Part shown: piece after piece, positions 17,783-28,896 of the stretch
How the letters are laid out: each line of letters opens with the position of its first letter
Numbering within the stretch: position 1 is the stretch's first letter
NCBI GenBank assembly: GCA_964557415.1
Contig: CAZLBB010000015.1
Span: 616 to 64,615, forward strand
From: an uncultured Rhodospirillaceae bacterium
GTDB lineage: Bacteria > Pseudomonadota > Alphaproteobacteria > JAEULC01
Direction: 5' to 3'
Length of the DNA stretch: 64,000 bases
Translations under genes and position numbers: made by a program
Notes under the pieces: model-generated
Told to the model about the DNA's origin: nothing
The model's database searches: none
What the model saw: the letters and a program-made list of their open reading frames with translations, nothing else

Positions 17783-18841
17783 ATGCCCGATCAACGGCTT
17801 CCCCACCAAGAAGAGAGACAACAACCGCCCATGGCTGCCTCGCGCATCACGGCCACGATCGACTACGACAAGAGCGGCAGGCAGACGGGGTTCCTGCGCC
17901 TGCCGCATTCGGTGCACGAATCGGCCTATGGCTGGATCCCGATCCCGATCGTCTGCATCAAGAACGGCAGCGGGCCGACCGTGCTCCTGAGCTCGGGCAA
18001 CCACGGCGACGAGTACGAGGGCCAGGTCACGCTGATGAAGCTGATCCGCGAGCTCGAGCCGGCCATGGTGCAGGGGCGGATCATCTTCCTGCCCGCGGCG
18101 AACTTCCCGGCGGCGATGGCCGGCCGGCGCACCTCGCCGATCGACGGCGGCAACCTGAACCGCTCCTTCCCCGGCGACCCGGACGGCACGCCGACCAAGG
18201 TGATCGCGCATTACATCGACAGCGTGATCCTGACCCAGTGCAACTACGCCTTCGACCTGCACTCGGGCGGCAGCTCGCTGATGTACGTGCCGAGCGCGCT
18301 CGGCACGGTCGTGCCGGGCGCGACCGAACGCAACAAGCGGGTTCTGGAGTTGCTCGACGTGTTCGGCGCGCCGATCGGCTATGTCTCGAACCGGCCGATG
18401 GGCGCCGACCAGACGCTGGGCGCCTCCGCGGCGCGGCGGGGCGCCATCGCGCTCGGCACCGAGATGGGCGGCAGCGGCACGGTCACGCCGGCGGCGCTGA
18501 AGATCGCCGGCGCAGGCGTGCGCCGCCTCCTCAAGCATCTGGGGGTCGTGCCCGACGTGAAGGTCGAGAAGTCGCCCGGGACGCGGCTGATGGAGGTTGG
18601 CGGGCCCGACTACTACGTCTACACGCCCGAGAACGGCGGCGTGTTCGAGCCGCTGGTCGAACTGGGCGACACGGTCAAGGCCGGCCAGCCCGCCGCCGCG
18701 ATCCATTTCTCGCACACGCCCTGGCGCGAGCCGGAGGTCGTGCGCTTCGAGCGGGACGGCATGGTCCTGTGCAAGCGCATCCCCGGCCGCACCGAGCGCG
18801 GCGACTGCCTGTTCCATCTCGGGACCGACTATCGCAGCTAG
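17783..18841 (+). CDS. succinylglutamate desuccinylase/aspartoacylase (AstE/AspA) family deacylase
   Basis: In-frame part of track ORF 17057..18841 from MPDQRL; SGNHGDEYEG...NLNRSFPG...DLHSGG zinc-carboxypeptidase-like motifs. Confidence 0.75.
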   Translation: MPDQRLPHQEERQQPPMAASRITATIDYDKSGRQTGFLRLPHSVHESAYGWIPIPIVCIKNGSGPTVLLSSGNHGDEYEGQVTLMKLIRELEPAMVQGRIIFLPAANFPAAMAGRRTSPIDGGNLNRSFPGDPDGTPTKVIAHYIDSVILTQCNYAFDLHSGGSSLMYVPSALGTVVPGATERNKRVLELLDVFGAPIGYVSNRPMGADQTLGASAARRGAIALGTEMGGSGTVTPAALKIAGAGVRRLLKHLGVVPDVKVEKSPGTRLMEVGGPDYYVYTPENGGVFEPLVELGDTVKAGQPAAAIHFSHTPWREPEVVRFERDGMVLCKRIPGRTERGDCLFHLGTDYRS

Positions 18842-20967
18842 GCGTCGGGCACCTTGAACGGCGCCGGGTCGAGGAAGCGGTCGACGGCGTTGCGGATCAG
18901 GCGCGACACGTTGTTGTCGTAGTCGTTGTGCGCCAGGCTGGCGACGAAGCTGATGGCGCCGGTCGACAGCACGGCGCCGCCGCCCGCGGTCTCGAAGAAC
19001 ACGATGTCGGCCTTGACGCGCGGGTTGAGCGTGCCGTCGACGCCGTGCGTGTTCGACAGCATCTCCTCGTTCACCAGCAGGAAGGCGTTGGAGTGGTTCT
19101 CGGACGAGGCGACCACCAGCGCGTGCGGCGGCGAGCCGAGGCGCTGGTCGTAGCAGTCGATCTCGAGCCCGGCCGCGCCGTCGCCCCAGGCGCCGAAATC
19201 GCCGAGGATCTCGTCCTCGATGCCCTTGAACAGGAACGCGGCGCGTGGGTCGCGCGCGGCCGCGGTGCGGCGGTAGTAGGTCGAGGCGTCGAAGCCCTGG
19301 GCGATGAAGCCGATGCCGACCAGCGCGTTGGGCGGCCGGCCGATCCGGCGCCACAGGCCGCCGAGCTCGCCGGTCGCGTGGTAGTACTGCCCGGGCATCT
19401 CCTCCCAGGCGCGCGTGCCGTCCTCGGCGCGGCGCAGCTCGATCATGTCGGGATGCGCCGGCGGGAAGGTCACGCGCCAGTAGAAGCCGTTGCCGCCCAT
19501 GTACATGAACCGGCCGCCGCCGGCGAGATAGGCCTCGGTCGCGCGCAGCATCTCCAGCGTGTAGTACTCGGGATGGCTGCCGGACATGACGCAGCCATAG
19601 GGCTTGAGCAGCGCCGCGCCCTTCTCCTGCAGCTCGTGGTCGCTGATCACGTCGTACGCGATGCCCTGCCGGTCGAGCCAGTCGATCAGGCAGAGGTCCA
19701 TGTTGAAGTTCCAGAACCGCCCGGTCGGCCGGAAGTTGAACAGCGGCCGGCGCGCAGTCGCGTGCGCGACGCCGAACCCGTCGCGATGCACGTCGTAGGT
19801 CGAGCTGCCGAACTCCTTGTGCCCGGCCAGCATGACGTCGGTCATGTCCACCGTCGGCAGCGCGCCCATGGACAGCTCGAACGGTCCCGGCGTCATGCGC
19901 CTTCGGTAGTTGGCATAGGCGAGATAGGTCACGGTCGAGGCCTGGACCGCGAGCCGCGCGCGCTTCGCGCCGGGAGCGGGGCTGACGATGAAGCCCACGT
20001 AGAAGGCGGGGCCCGATGCAAGCAGCTTCACCGCGTAGAAGCCGCTGCGCAGCGAGGCGGGCAGGCGGAAGCGCAGGCTTTCCTTCCAGTGCGCGTCGGC
20101 CAGGTCGTCGCCGTGGAAATGGATCGCGCCGTAATGCGACGGATTCTGCTTCCAGCAATGCACCGTGCCGTCCCACGTGGCACCGGTGACCGCCCGCTTC
20201 GGCGCGTTGACGGTGCGGCCGTGCAGGGCGGCGGGCGAGAGGTCCTCGATCCAAGTCGTGTCGATGCCGCGCGAGAAATCCCAGCGCGCCTCGAGAGTCC
20301 CGGAGCTCAAGGCCGGCGCCTCGAGCTTGCCGTAGTAATGGTCGCGCGCGCCGGCGGGCGACGGCGCGGCCGCCATCAGCAGCGGCCCTTCGGCCTTGAT
20401 CCCCGGGCGCGCGCGGCCAGTGACCTCGACCGGCTGCTCGTCGTGGAAGCCCGCGGCGGGCTTGACGCCGAGCGTCACGGCGCCGGTCGCGACGTCGTAG
20501 CGCGCGTCGACGCGGTACCACCAGCGCGTCCGCAGCTTCCGTCCGGTCGTCACGATGTCGTCGCCGACGACGAGCGCGACGGCGCCGGCCTCGTCCAGCA
20601 CCAGGCGAACGGCGCCGAGCGACAGCAGCGCCTGCACGCCGCGGCCGGGCAGGGTTGGCCAGACCTCCACCGACAGCGCGATGCTCCCAAGCGCCGGCAG
20701 GCCGTCGACCACGGCGTAGGAGCCGATGCCGGTCGGCTGCGCCTCGCCGCGGTGCTCGTCCGCGAGCGCGTCGATCGCGACGGGTTCCTCCTTGAGGCCC
20801 GGGCCCTTCGGTCCGGTCTCGCCGCAGATCAGCCGCACGAGCTGGGCGCGGTAGCGCCGCGCCGGATCCAGCACGCTGACGCGCAGCGTCACCTCGTCGC
20901 CCGGATGGGCGTAGAGTCGGTCGACATAGCCGACGACGCCCGGGCCGCTCGGCGTCGGAGTGGTCAT
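18838..20967 (-). CDS. N,N-dimethylformamidase large (beta) subunit-like protein
   Basis: 709-aa C-terminal part of track ORF 18838..21438 from MTTPTPSGPGVVGYVDRLYAHPGDEV; family recognised from overall sequence; ATGA overlap with upstream small ORF. Confidence 0.8.
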   Translation of the reverse strand: MTTPTPSGPGVVGYVDRLYAHPGDEVTLRVSVLDPARRYRAQLVRLICGETGPKGPGLKEEPVAIDALADEHRGEAQPTGIGSYAVVDGLPALGSIALSVEVWPTLPGRGVQALLSLGAVRLVLDEAGAVALVVGDDIVTTGRKLRTRWWYRVDARYDVATGAVTLGVKPAAGFHDEQPVEVTGRARPGIKAEGPLLMAAAPSPAGARDHYYGKLEAPALSSGTLEARWDFSRGIDTTWIEDLSPAALHGRTVNAPKRAVTGATWDGTVHCWKQNPSHYGAIHFHGDDLADAHWKESLRFRLPASLRSGFYAVKLLASGPAFYVGFIVSPAPGAKRARLAVQASTVTYLAYANYRRRMTPGPFELSMGALPTVDMTDVMLAGHKEFGSSTYDVHRDGFGVAHATARRPLFNFRPTGRFWNFNMDLCLIDWLDRQGIAYDVISDHELQEKGAALLKPYGCVMSGSHPEYYTLEMLRATEAYLAGGGRFMYMGGNGFYWRVTFPPAHPDMIELRRAEDGTRAWEEMPGQYYHATGELGGLWRRIGRPPNALVGIGFIAQGFDASTYYRRTAAARDPRAAFLFKGIEDEILGDFGAWGDGAAGLEIDCYDQRLGSPPHALVVASSENHSNAFLLVNEEMLSNTHGVDGTLNPRVKADIVFFETAGGGAVLSTGAISFVASLAHNDYDNNVSRLIRNAVDRFLDPAPFKVPDA

Positions 20968-21284
20968 GGCAGCTTCAGTTCCTGCCCGCTCAGGGCGCGC
21001 CAGCGCCGCTTGAAGGCGGCCCATTCGCCGTCCTCGAGCCGCGTGAAGACCTCGTCGGTGAACAGGCGCGGCGGCTGGCCGTCGGGCAGGCGCTGGCCGA
21101 GCACCCACTTTCCCGGCTCGATCGAAACCAGGATAAGATCCTCGCAGTTCTCGGCGCGGCGCATGACGTTGAGCAGGGCCTGCAGCTCGGGGCTGTGGCG
21201 GCCGAAGGGACGCGCGCGGTATTCGGCCGCGAGGTCGGTGCGCTTCGGATCGATGCCGCCGACCGTCGATTTGCCGGGGCTCAT
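20964..21284 (-). CDS. small protein (106 aa), putative DMFase small-subunit-like partner
   Basis: C-terminal part of track ORF 20964..23468 from MSPGKSTVGG; protein-like composition; translationally coupled at both ends (ATGA overlaps). Confidence 0.55.
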   Translation of the reverse strand: MSPGKSTVGGIDPKRTDLAAEYRARPFGRHSPELQALLNVMRRAENCEDLILVSIEPGKWVLGQRLPDGQPPRLFTDEVFTRLEDGEWAAFKRRWRALSGQELKLP

Positions 21285-22351
21285 GCGACGTCGAACCGGG
21301 CGCTGACGCTGGCGGCGGCGTCCTGGATCTCGCGCCAGGTCGTGGCGTCGATGTCGATGCCCTTTGCCACGCGCTCGGCCCGGGCGATCCGCTCCGGCTC
21401 GCCCGGCACCAGGACGGGCAGGGCGGGGTCGGCCGCACGCGTCTGCTTCATATAGGCGATCAGGGCGTCGATCTCGGCCTCGACGAAGGCGCGCGTCGTC
21501 ATGCGCTCCGGGTCGATCACCACGGTCAGCATGCCGTTGACGATGCCGCGATCGCGCGGGTTGGCCGGCTGGATCGTGCCGGAGCCGACGATCGCGCCGG
21601 CCAAGAGCTCGGCGATCAGCGCGAGGCCATAGCCCTTGTGCTCGCCGAACGGCGTCACCGCGCCGATCGGCGGCTCGTAGATGACCGCGGGATCCGTGGT
21701 CGGCGCGCCGTTTGCGTCGATCAGGGCGCCCTCGACCACCTTCTTTCCCTCGTTGTAGGCGACGCGCACCTTGCCCAGCGCGATGCGGCTGGTGGCGAAA
21801 TCGAGGATGATCGGATCGGTCGCCGCCGTACCGGGCACGGCGATGCAGATGGGATTGGTCGACATGCGGCCTTCGCGGCCGCGGAACGGCGTGACCTTCG
21901 GCGGGCCGGAATTGCCGTTGACGAAATGCACCGACAGCAGGCCGGCTTTCGCCGCCTGCTCGCCATAGGCGCCGACGCGGCCGATGTGATGCGTGTTGCG
22001 CAGGCCGTGGACGGCGACGCCGTTGCCGCGCGCGACGCCGATCGCCCATTCCATCGCGTCGCGCGCGATCACCTGGCCATAGCCGTTGCGTCCGTCCCAG
22101 ACGGCGAACTGCGCGTTGTTGCTGAGGATCGTGGGCGACTGGTTGGGTACGAGCGTGCCGGCTTTGAAGTTGCGCACGTAGTGCGGCAGCATGCCGACGC
22201 CGTGGCTGTCGTGCCCGGCGAGGTTGGCGTCGACCAGATGATCGGCGACGGCCTTCGCCTCGGGCTCGCGGCTGCCCATCGCCATGAGCATGCTCGTGGT
22301 GGCGCGGCGCAGGCTCTGGTGATCGTGGCGCATCGGCGTCAGTCTTTCCAT
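21281..22351 (-). CDS. Ldh family oxidoreductase (malate/L-lactate dehydrogenase family 2)
   Basis: Track ORF, 356 aa; MLPHYVRNFKAG...GHKGYGLALIAELLAG motifs of the Ldh_2 family. Confidence 0.8.
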   Translation of the reverse strand: MERLTPMRHDHQSLRRATTSMLMAMGSREPEAKAVADHLVDANLAGHDSHGVGMLPHYVRNFKAGTLVPNQSPTILSNNAQFAVWDGRNGYGQVIARDAMEWAIGVARGNGVAVHGLRNTHHIGRVGAYGEQAAKAGLLSVHFVNGNSGPPKVTPFRGREGRMSTNPICIAVPGTAATDPIILDFATSRIALGKVRVAYNEGKKVVEGALIDANGAPTTDPAVIYEPPIGAVTPFGEHKGYGLALIAELLAGAIVGSGTIQPANPRDRGIVNGMLTVVIDPERMTTRAFVEAEIDALIAYMKQTRAADPALPVLVPGEPERIARAERVAKGIDIDATTWREIQDAAASVSARFDVA

Positions 22352-22514
22352 CGCGCAAAGACAGCGTCAAGCGCCACTTCACAATAGCGCGCATGCGCGA
22401 GGCTTGGCATGTGCTTTGCTCTGTGCTTAGGATACGCAAGGAACGGGGAGCCAATACGAATGTCGGGTTCAAGCGACCGAAGCGCCGCGCGTCTCGGCGC
22501 CGCCGCCGTGCCGG

Positions 22515-23465
22515 ATGAGCGCGGTCGCTAGCCTCGGTCCATCGCCCGCGGCCATGCTGCCCTCGATCAACGGTCTGGGGCTGGGCGATCCCTTCGCGCG
22601 GGCGCTGGCCGCCCGCTTCACGCTGCATCGCGCCCCCGAGGCGTTCGACCCGCAGGCCGAGGTGCTGGTCACGGTCGGCACGCGCATCGACGACACGCTG
22701 CTCGATCGATCGCCGGGGCTGCGCCTCGTCGCGGTGCTCGGCGCTGGCTACGACTATGTCGACACGGCGGCGCTCGGCCGGCGCGGCATCCAGCTCGCCA
22801 ACACGCCCGGCCTGACGGACGCCTGTGTCGCCGACCTGGCGATGGGGCTGTTGATTGCCGTGCAGCGGCGCGTGCTGGCCGCCGATCGCCATGTGCGCGA
22901 CGGCAAGTGGCCGCAGGGACGGTTTCCACTGGCGCCGCGTTTCAGCGGCCGGCGACTCGGCATCTTCGGCCTCGGGCGGATCGGCGCCGCGATCGCGCGG
23001 CGCTCTCTCGGGTTCGATCTTGAAATCGCTTACCACAATCGGGCCAGGCGGTCCGATCTGCCCTACCGCTATTTCGACGACGTCGCGGCGCTGGCGGCAT
23101 GGAGCGACTACCTGGTCGTCGCGTGCCCGCTGACGCCCGAGACGCGACACCGCGTCGACGCACGCGTGCTGCAGGCGCTGGGCCGCGAGGGCGTGGTCGT
23201 CAACATCGCCCGCGGCGCGGTGATCGACGAGGCGGCGCTGGTCCAGGCGCTCGAGGCGGGAACCATCGCCGGCGCCGGCCTCGACGTGTTCGAGAACGAA
23301 CCGCAGGTCCCGCCGCGGCTGCTGGCGCTGGACAACGTCGTGCTGACGCCGCACCTCGCCGGCGGCACGAACGAGACCTGGGCCGCGTGCTATGCTGGCG
23401 TCATCGCCAACATCGAGAGCTTCTTCCGCACCGGCCGGCCGGCGACGCCGGTCGAGCTTCCATGA
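22515..23465 (+). CDS. D-isomer-specific 2-hydroxyacid dehydrogenase (glyoxylate/hydroxypyruvate reductase-like)
   Basis: Track ORF, 316 aa; GLGRIGAAIARR NAD-binding motif; catalytic R/E/H region VNIARG...TPHLAG. Confidence 0.8.
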   Translation: MSAVASLGPSPAAMLPSINGLGLGDPFARALAARFTLHRAPEAFDPQAEVLVTVGTRIDDTLLDRSPGLRLVAVLGAGYDYVDTAALGRRGIQLANTPGLTDACVADLAMGLLIAVQRRVLAADRHVRDGKWPQGRFPLAPRFSGRRLGIFGLGRIGAAIARRSLGFDLEIAYHNRARRSDLPYRYFDDVAALAAWSDYLVVACPLTPETRHRVDARVLQALGREGVVVNIARGAVIDEAALVQALEAGTIAGAGLDVFENEPQVPPRLLALDNVVLTPHLAGGTNETWAACYAGVIANIESFFRTGRPATPVELP

Positions 23466-23491
23466 CAAGGCGACAACGAAGGGGAGTGACC

Positions 23492-25051
23492 ATGCAAAAG
23501 AGACACGTCGTGCAATTGGGCCTCGCGGTTGGGCTTCTTGGATTCGCGGGATCGGCGATGGCGGCGCCGTTCACCTGCGCGAAGAAGGGCGGCGACCTGG
23601 TGTTCGCCGGCGAGGCCAAGGTCAACAGCCTCGACCAGTACGCCTCGCAGACCATCTCGACCCGCAACGTCGTCTCGAACATCTTCGAGCCGCTGATGAC
23701 GCGCGACGAGACCAACCAGCCGATCCTCGACCTCGCCGAGTCGATGACGGAGACGCCGGACGGGCTCAGCTACACCTTCAAGATCCGCCAGGGCATCAAG
23801 TTCCACAACGGCAAGGACATGACCTCGGCCGACGTGGTGGCGTCGTTCGACCGCTACCACAAGATCGCCAACGAGCGCGGGTTCCTGGTCAACGTCGACA
23901 AGTGGGAGGCGCCGGACAAGTTCACCTTCATCATCCGGATGAAGAAGAAGCAGCCGACCTTCATCGAGGACCTGAGCTCGTTCAGCCAGCCGGTCGTCAT
24001 CATCCCGGCCGAACAGAAGGACGCGCCGCCGCTCCGGCTCGAGCCGATCGGCACCGGACCGTTCCAGGTCGTCGAATACGTCGCCGACAGCCACGTGAAG
24101 TTGAAGCGCTACGAGGGCTACAAGCCCAACACCAAGTTCGAGCAGCGCACCGGCTTCGGCGGCTACAAGGTCGCCTGCGTGGACACGGTGACCTACCGCA
24201 TCGTTACCGAGCCCGGTGCGCGCGTCGCCGGCCTCGAGACGGGCGAACTGCATCTCGCCGAGGACGTGCCGACCAAGGCGCAGGCCGAGCTCAAGAAGAA
24301 CAAGAACGTCACGCTGCTGCCGCTCGAGAACTGGTGGGTGCACATCATGCTGCCCAACACCAAGGGCGCGCCGACCAACAATCTCGCCTTCCGCAAGGCG
24401 GTTCAGGCGGCGCTCGACATGGACGAGATCATGGATGCGTCCACCGACGGCGCCTACAAGCTCAACATCGGCTTCCAGTACCCCGGCCGCGCCACCTACA
24501 CCGATGCCGGCAAGGAGACCTACAATCTTAAGAACAAGGACCTGGCCAAGAAGTACCTGGCCGAGGCCGGCTACAAGGGCGAGCCGATGGTCCTGCTCAC
24601 CAACAAGGACTACACCAGCATGTACAACGCGGCGCTGGTGGTGTCCGAGCAGCTCAAGGCGGTCGGCATCAACGCCAAGCTCGACGTGGTCGACTGGCCG
24701 ACCTCGGTGCAGCGCATGCAGAAGGAGACCGCGGGCTGGAACTTCTTCTACACCGGCTACGGCACGCAGCCGGCGCTGGGGCCGCTCGCCACCATGAAGT
24801 TCTTCGTCCACGGCGGCAGCGCCGAGCCGTCGCCGCGCGACGAGGAGCTGTACAAGGCATACGAGGACATGACCAACCTGCCCGACCCGAAGGCGCGCCA
24901 GGAAGCCTTCGCCCGCATGCAGAAGCGTATCCTCGAACAGGTCTATGCGGTGCCGTTCGGCTCGCTGACCAAGGTCCAGGCTTCGCGCGCGAACGTGAAG
25001 GGCTTCAAGCCGTTCCGCATCCCGCGCTTCTCGAACGTCTGGATCGAGTAG
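23492..25051 (+). CDS. ABC transporter substrate-binding protein, family 5 (peptide/nickel/opine type), Sec signal
   Basis: In-frame part of track ORF 23099..25051 from MQKRHVVQLGLAVGLLGFAGSAMA; GGAAGG-like RBS upstream. Confidence 0.85.
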   Translation: MQKRHVVQLGLAVGLLGFAGSAMAAPFTCAKKGGDLVFAGEAKVNSLDQYASQTISTRNVVSNIFEPLMTRDETNQPILDLAESMTETPDGLSYTFKIRQGIKFHNGKDMTSADVVASFDRYHKIANERGFLVNVDKWEAPDKFTFIIRMKKKQPTFIEDLSSFSQPVVIIPAEQKDAPPLRLEPIGTGPFQVVEYVADSHVKLKRYEGYKPNTKFEQRTGFGGYKVACVDTVTYRIVTEPGARVAGLETGELHLAEDVPTKAQAELKKNKNVTLLPLENWWVHIMLPNTKGAPTNNLAFRKAVQAALDMDEIMDASTDGAYKLNIGFQYPGRATYTDAGKETYNLKNKDLAKKYLAEAGYKGEPMVLLTNKDYTSMYNAALVVSEQLKAVGINAKLDVVDWPTSVQRMQKETAGWNFFYTGYGTQPALGPLATMKFFVHGGSAEPSPRDEELYKAYEDMTNLPDPKARQEAFARMQKRILEQVYAVPFGSLTKVQASRANVKGFKPFRIPRFSNVWIE

Positions 25052-25076
25052 CAGGCGGGGCAGGGGAGCCGGGCGG

Positions 25077-26027
25077 ATGGGCCGCGTCGTCATTCGCAGC
25101 ATCGCCGGGGCGATCCCGGTGGTGCTGCTGGTGACGCTCATCACCTTCGGGCTGATGCGGCTCATCCCCGGCGACGTCAGCGCCGTGCTGGGCGGCATCA
25201 GCTCGACCCCGGCCGAGCGCGAGCAGATCCGCAAGAACCTGGGTCTCGACGAGCCGACCCATGTGCAGCTGGTCAAGTGGTACAGCGGCCTGTTGCGCGG
25301 CGATCTCGGCCGGTCGATCTTCCTGGGCAAGGACGTCACCGGCGCCACGTTCGAGCGGCTGCCGGTGTCGTTCTCGCTCAGCGCCTATGCCCTGGTCATC
25401 ACGCTGGTCCTCGGCATCATCAGCGGCGTGCTGGCGGCGCTCAGGCAGAACACCTGGGTCGACCAGGCGGCGATGATGTTCGCCATGATCGGCGTGTCGA
25501 TGCCGAATTTCTGGCTCGGCCTGATGATGATCGTGCTGTTCTCGGTGCATCTCGGCTGGCTGCCCACCGGCGGCTACGTGCCGTTCACCGAGGATCCGGT
25601 CGGCTGGCTGCGCTCGACCACCATGCCGGCGGTCTCGCTCGCCCTGCTGCAAGTGGGCCTGCTGGCGCGCATCACCCGTTCGACCATGCTGGAGGTGCTG
25701 CGCCAGGACTACGTGCGCACTGCGCGCGCCAAGGGGATGCCGAACTACCTCGTGATCGGCAAGCACGCGCTGGCCAACGCGATGATCCCGATCATCACCG
25801 TGATCGGCATCATCGTCAGCCTGTCGATCTCGGGCGCCGTCGTGACCGAGACGGTGTTCTCGATCCCGGGCGTCGGGCAGCTCCTGACCTCGGCGATCCT
25901 CAATCGCGACTATCCGATGATCCAAGGAGGGCTGCTGTTCGTGACGCTGATGCTGGTCGGCATCAACATCGCCGTCGACGTCGCCTATGCCTGGCTCGAT
26001 CCGCGCGTGAGGTTCGAGCGTGGCTGA
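25077..26027 (+). CDS. ABC transporter permease (DppB/OppB-like)
   Basis: Track ORF, 316 aa; multi-TM; EAA-like loop. Confidence 0.85.
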   Translation: MGRVVIRSIAGAIPVVLLVTLITFGLMRLIPGDVSAVLGGISSTPAEREQIRKNLGLDEPTHVQLVKWYSGLLRGDLGRSIFLGKDVTGATFERLPVSFSLSAYALVITLVLGIISGVLAALRQNTWVDQAAMMFAMIGVSMPNFWLGLMMIVLFSVHLGWLPTGGYVPFTEDPVGWLRSTTMPAVSLALLQVGLLARITRSTMLEVLRQDYVRTARAKGMPNYLVIGKHALANAMIPIITVIGIIVSLSISGAVVTETVFSIPGVGQLLTSAILNRDYPMIQGGLLFVTLMLVGINIAVDVAYAWLDPRVRFERG

Positions 26028-26922
26028 CGGCGCCGTCGCCTTCGACGAAACCGTCGCCGCGCCGGACGAGCCCGCACGGCGCTCGGCGCGCTGGGACACG
26101 CTCCGGCGCCTGTGGCGGCACCGCTCGTTCCGGTTCGGCCTGGCGCTGTTCTCGATCATCGTCGCCGCGGCAATCCTCGCGCCGTGGATCAGCCCGATCA
26201 ACCCGAACAAGCTGCAGATGCGCCTGCGCTTCGAGCCGCCGAGCTGGGAGCATCCCTTCGGCACCGACAATCTGGGCCGCAGCCAGCTCGCCCGCGTCGT
26301 CTACGGCGCGCAGCTGTCGCTGTTCATCGGCACGATGGTGGTGCTCATCAACGCCGTGTTCGGCACGCTCATCGGCGCGCTGGCCGGCTATTTCAAGCAG
26401 CTCGACAACGCGCTGATGCGCGTCAACGACGCGATCATGGCGTTCCCCGCGGTGCTGCTGGCGATCGGCGTCGCGGCCGTGCTCGGCCGCTCGACGCCGA
26501 ACATGATCCTGGCGCTCAGCGTCGTCTACATCCCGCGCACCGCGCGCATCGTGCGGTCCTCGGTGATCGTGGTCAGCCAGATGGAATACGTGCAGGCGGC
26601 GGTCGCCGCCGGGGCGGGGCATTGGCGCATCCTGCGCCGGCACATTCTCCCCAACTCGATGGCGCCGCTGCTCGTGCAGCTCAGCTTCCTGTTCGCCTAC
26701 GCCGTGCTGACCGAGGCGACCCTGAGCTTTCTCGGCCTCGGCGCCGAGCCGCCGGCGCCGACCTGGGGCAACATCATGTCCGAGGGCCGGCAGTACATGC
26801 GCGAGGCGGCCTGGATCATCACCATTCCCGGCGCGGCACTCGCCATCACCGTCATGGCGCTCAACCTGCTGGGCGACGGTCTGCGCGACGTGCTCGACCC
26901 CAGGCTGAAGATCCAGCAGTGA
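26020..26922 (+). CDS. ABC transporter permease (DppC/OppC-like)
   Basis: Track ORF, 300 aa; GTG start overlapping upstream gene end. Confidence 0.85.
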   Translation: MADGAVAFDETVAAPDEPARRSARWDTLRRLWRHRSFRFGLALFSIIVAAAILAPWISPINPNKLQMRLRFEPPSWEHPFGTDNLGRSQLARVVYGAQLSLFIGTMVVLINAVFGTLIGALAGYFKQLDNALMRVNDAIMAFPAVLLAIGVAAVLGRSTPNMILALSVVYIPRTARIVRSSVIVVSQMEYVQAAVAAGAGHWRILRRHILPNSMAPLLVQLSFLFAYAVLTEATLSFLGLGAEPPAPTWGNIMSEGRQYMREAAWIITIPGAALAITVMALNLLGDGLRDVLDPRLKIQQ

Positions 26923-27892
26923 CGCTGCTTTCCGTCCGCGACCTGAGGGTGCTGTTCGGGACCGAGCACGGCGAGATCGCGGCGGTCGACGACATCGGCT
27001 TCGATCTCGCGCCGGGCGAGATCCTCGGCGTGGTCGGCGAATCCGGCAGCGGCAAGAGCGTCACGGCGCTGGCGATCATGGGGCTGCTGCCGAAGCCGCC
27101 GTCGCGCATCGGCCAGGGGACGATCCACTTCCAGGGCCAGGACCTGCTCCAGCTCGGCGAGCGCGACATGCGCGGCATCCGCGGCCCCGGCATCGGCATG
27201 ATCTTCCAGGAGCCGATGACCTCGCTCAACCCGGTCTTCACCATCGGCGACCAGCTGATGGAGACGGTGCGGGTGCACCAGCGCCTGGGGCCGAAGGAGC
27301 AGCGCGAGCGCGCGGTCGAGATGCTGGCGCGGGTCGGCATCGCCCTGCCGGCGCGGCGGCTCGACGACTATCCGCACCAGCTCTCGGGTGGCATGCGCCA
27401 GCGCGTCATGATCGCCATGGCGCTGATCTGCAACCCGAAGATCCTGATCGCCGACGAGCCGACCACGGCGCTGGACGTGACGATCCAGCAGCAGATCCTC
27501 GAGCTGCTGCTCGACCTGCGCGACGAGTTCGGCATGGGCATCATCATCATCACGCACAACATGGGCGTCGTGGCCGAGATGGCCGACCGCGTGATCGTCA
27601 TGTACGCCGGCAAGATCGTCGAGCGCGCGCCGGTGAACGAGCTGTTCGAGCGGCCGGTGCACCCCTATACGCGCGGGCTGCTCGACAGCATCCCCTCGCT
27701 CGCCGACGAGCGCGAGCGGCTGAAGACCATTCCCGGCACGCTGCCGCGGCCCTGGGCGCTGCCGGCGGGTTGCCGCTTCCAGCCGCGCTGCCGCTGGCGG
27801 GTCGAGGCCTGCGCCACGACCGTGCCGCCGCTCGGGCCCGTGCGCGAGGGGCACGAGAGCGCGTGCCTGCGCCAGCAGGAGCTCGCCGCCGA

Positions 27893-27896
<4 letters not shown>
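26919..27896 (+). CDS. ABC transporter ATP-binding protein (DppD/OppD-like)
   Basis: In-frame part of track ORF 26112..27896 from GTG (VTLLSVRDL); Walker A GESGSGKS; LSGGMRQR signature; GTGA overlap. Confidence 0.85.
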
Positions 27897-28867
<971 letters not shown>

Positions 28868-28896
28868 CGCCGCCTCTCGTGGGAGAGCCCGAAACC

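Noticed and set aside
20964-23468. 834-aa ORF suggesting a very large protein upstream of dmfA2-like
   Set aside because: Only the last 106 codons are protein-like; the long N-terminal extension is a GC-rich open frame overlapping the Ldh2 and 2-HADH genes. I shortened it to 20964..21284.
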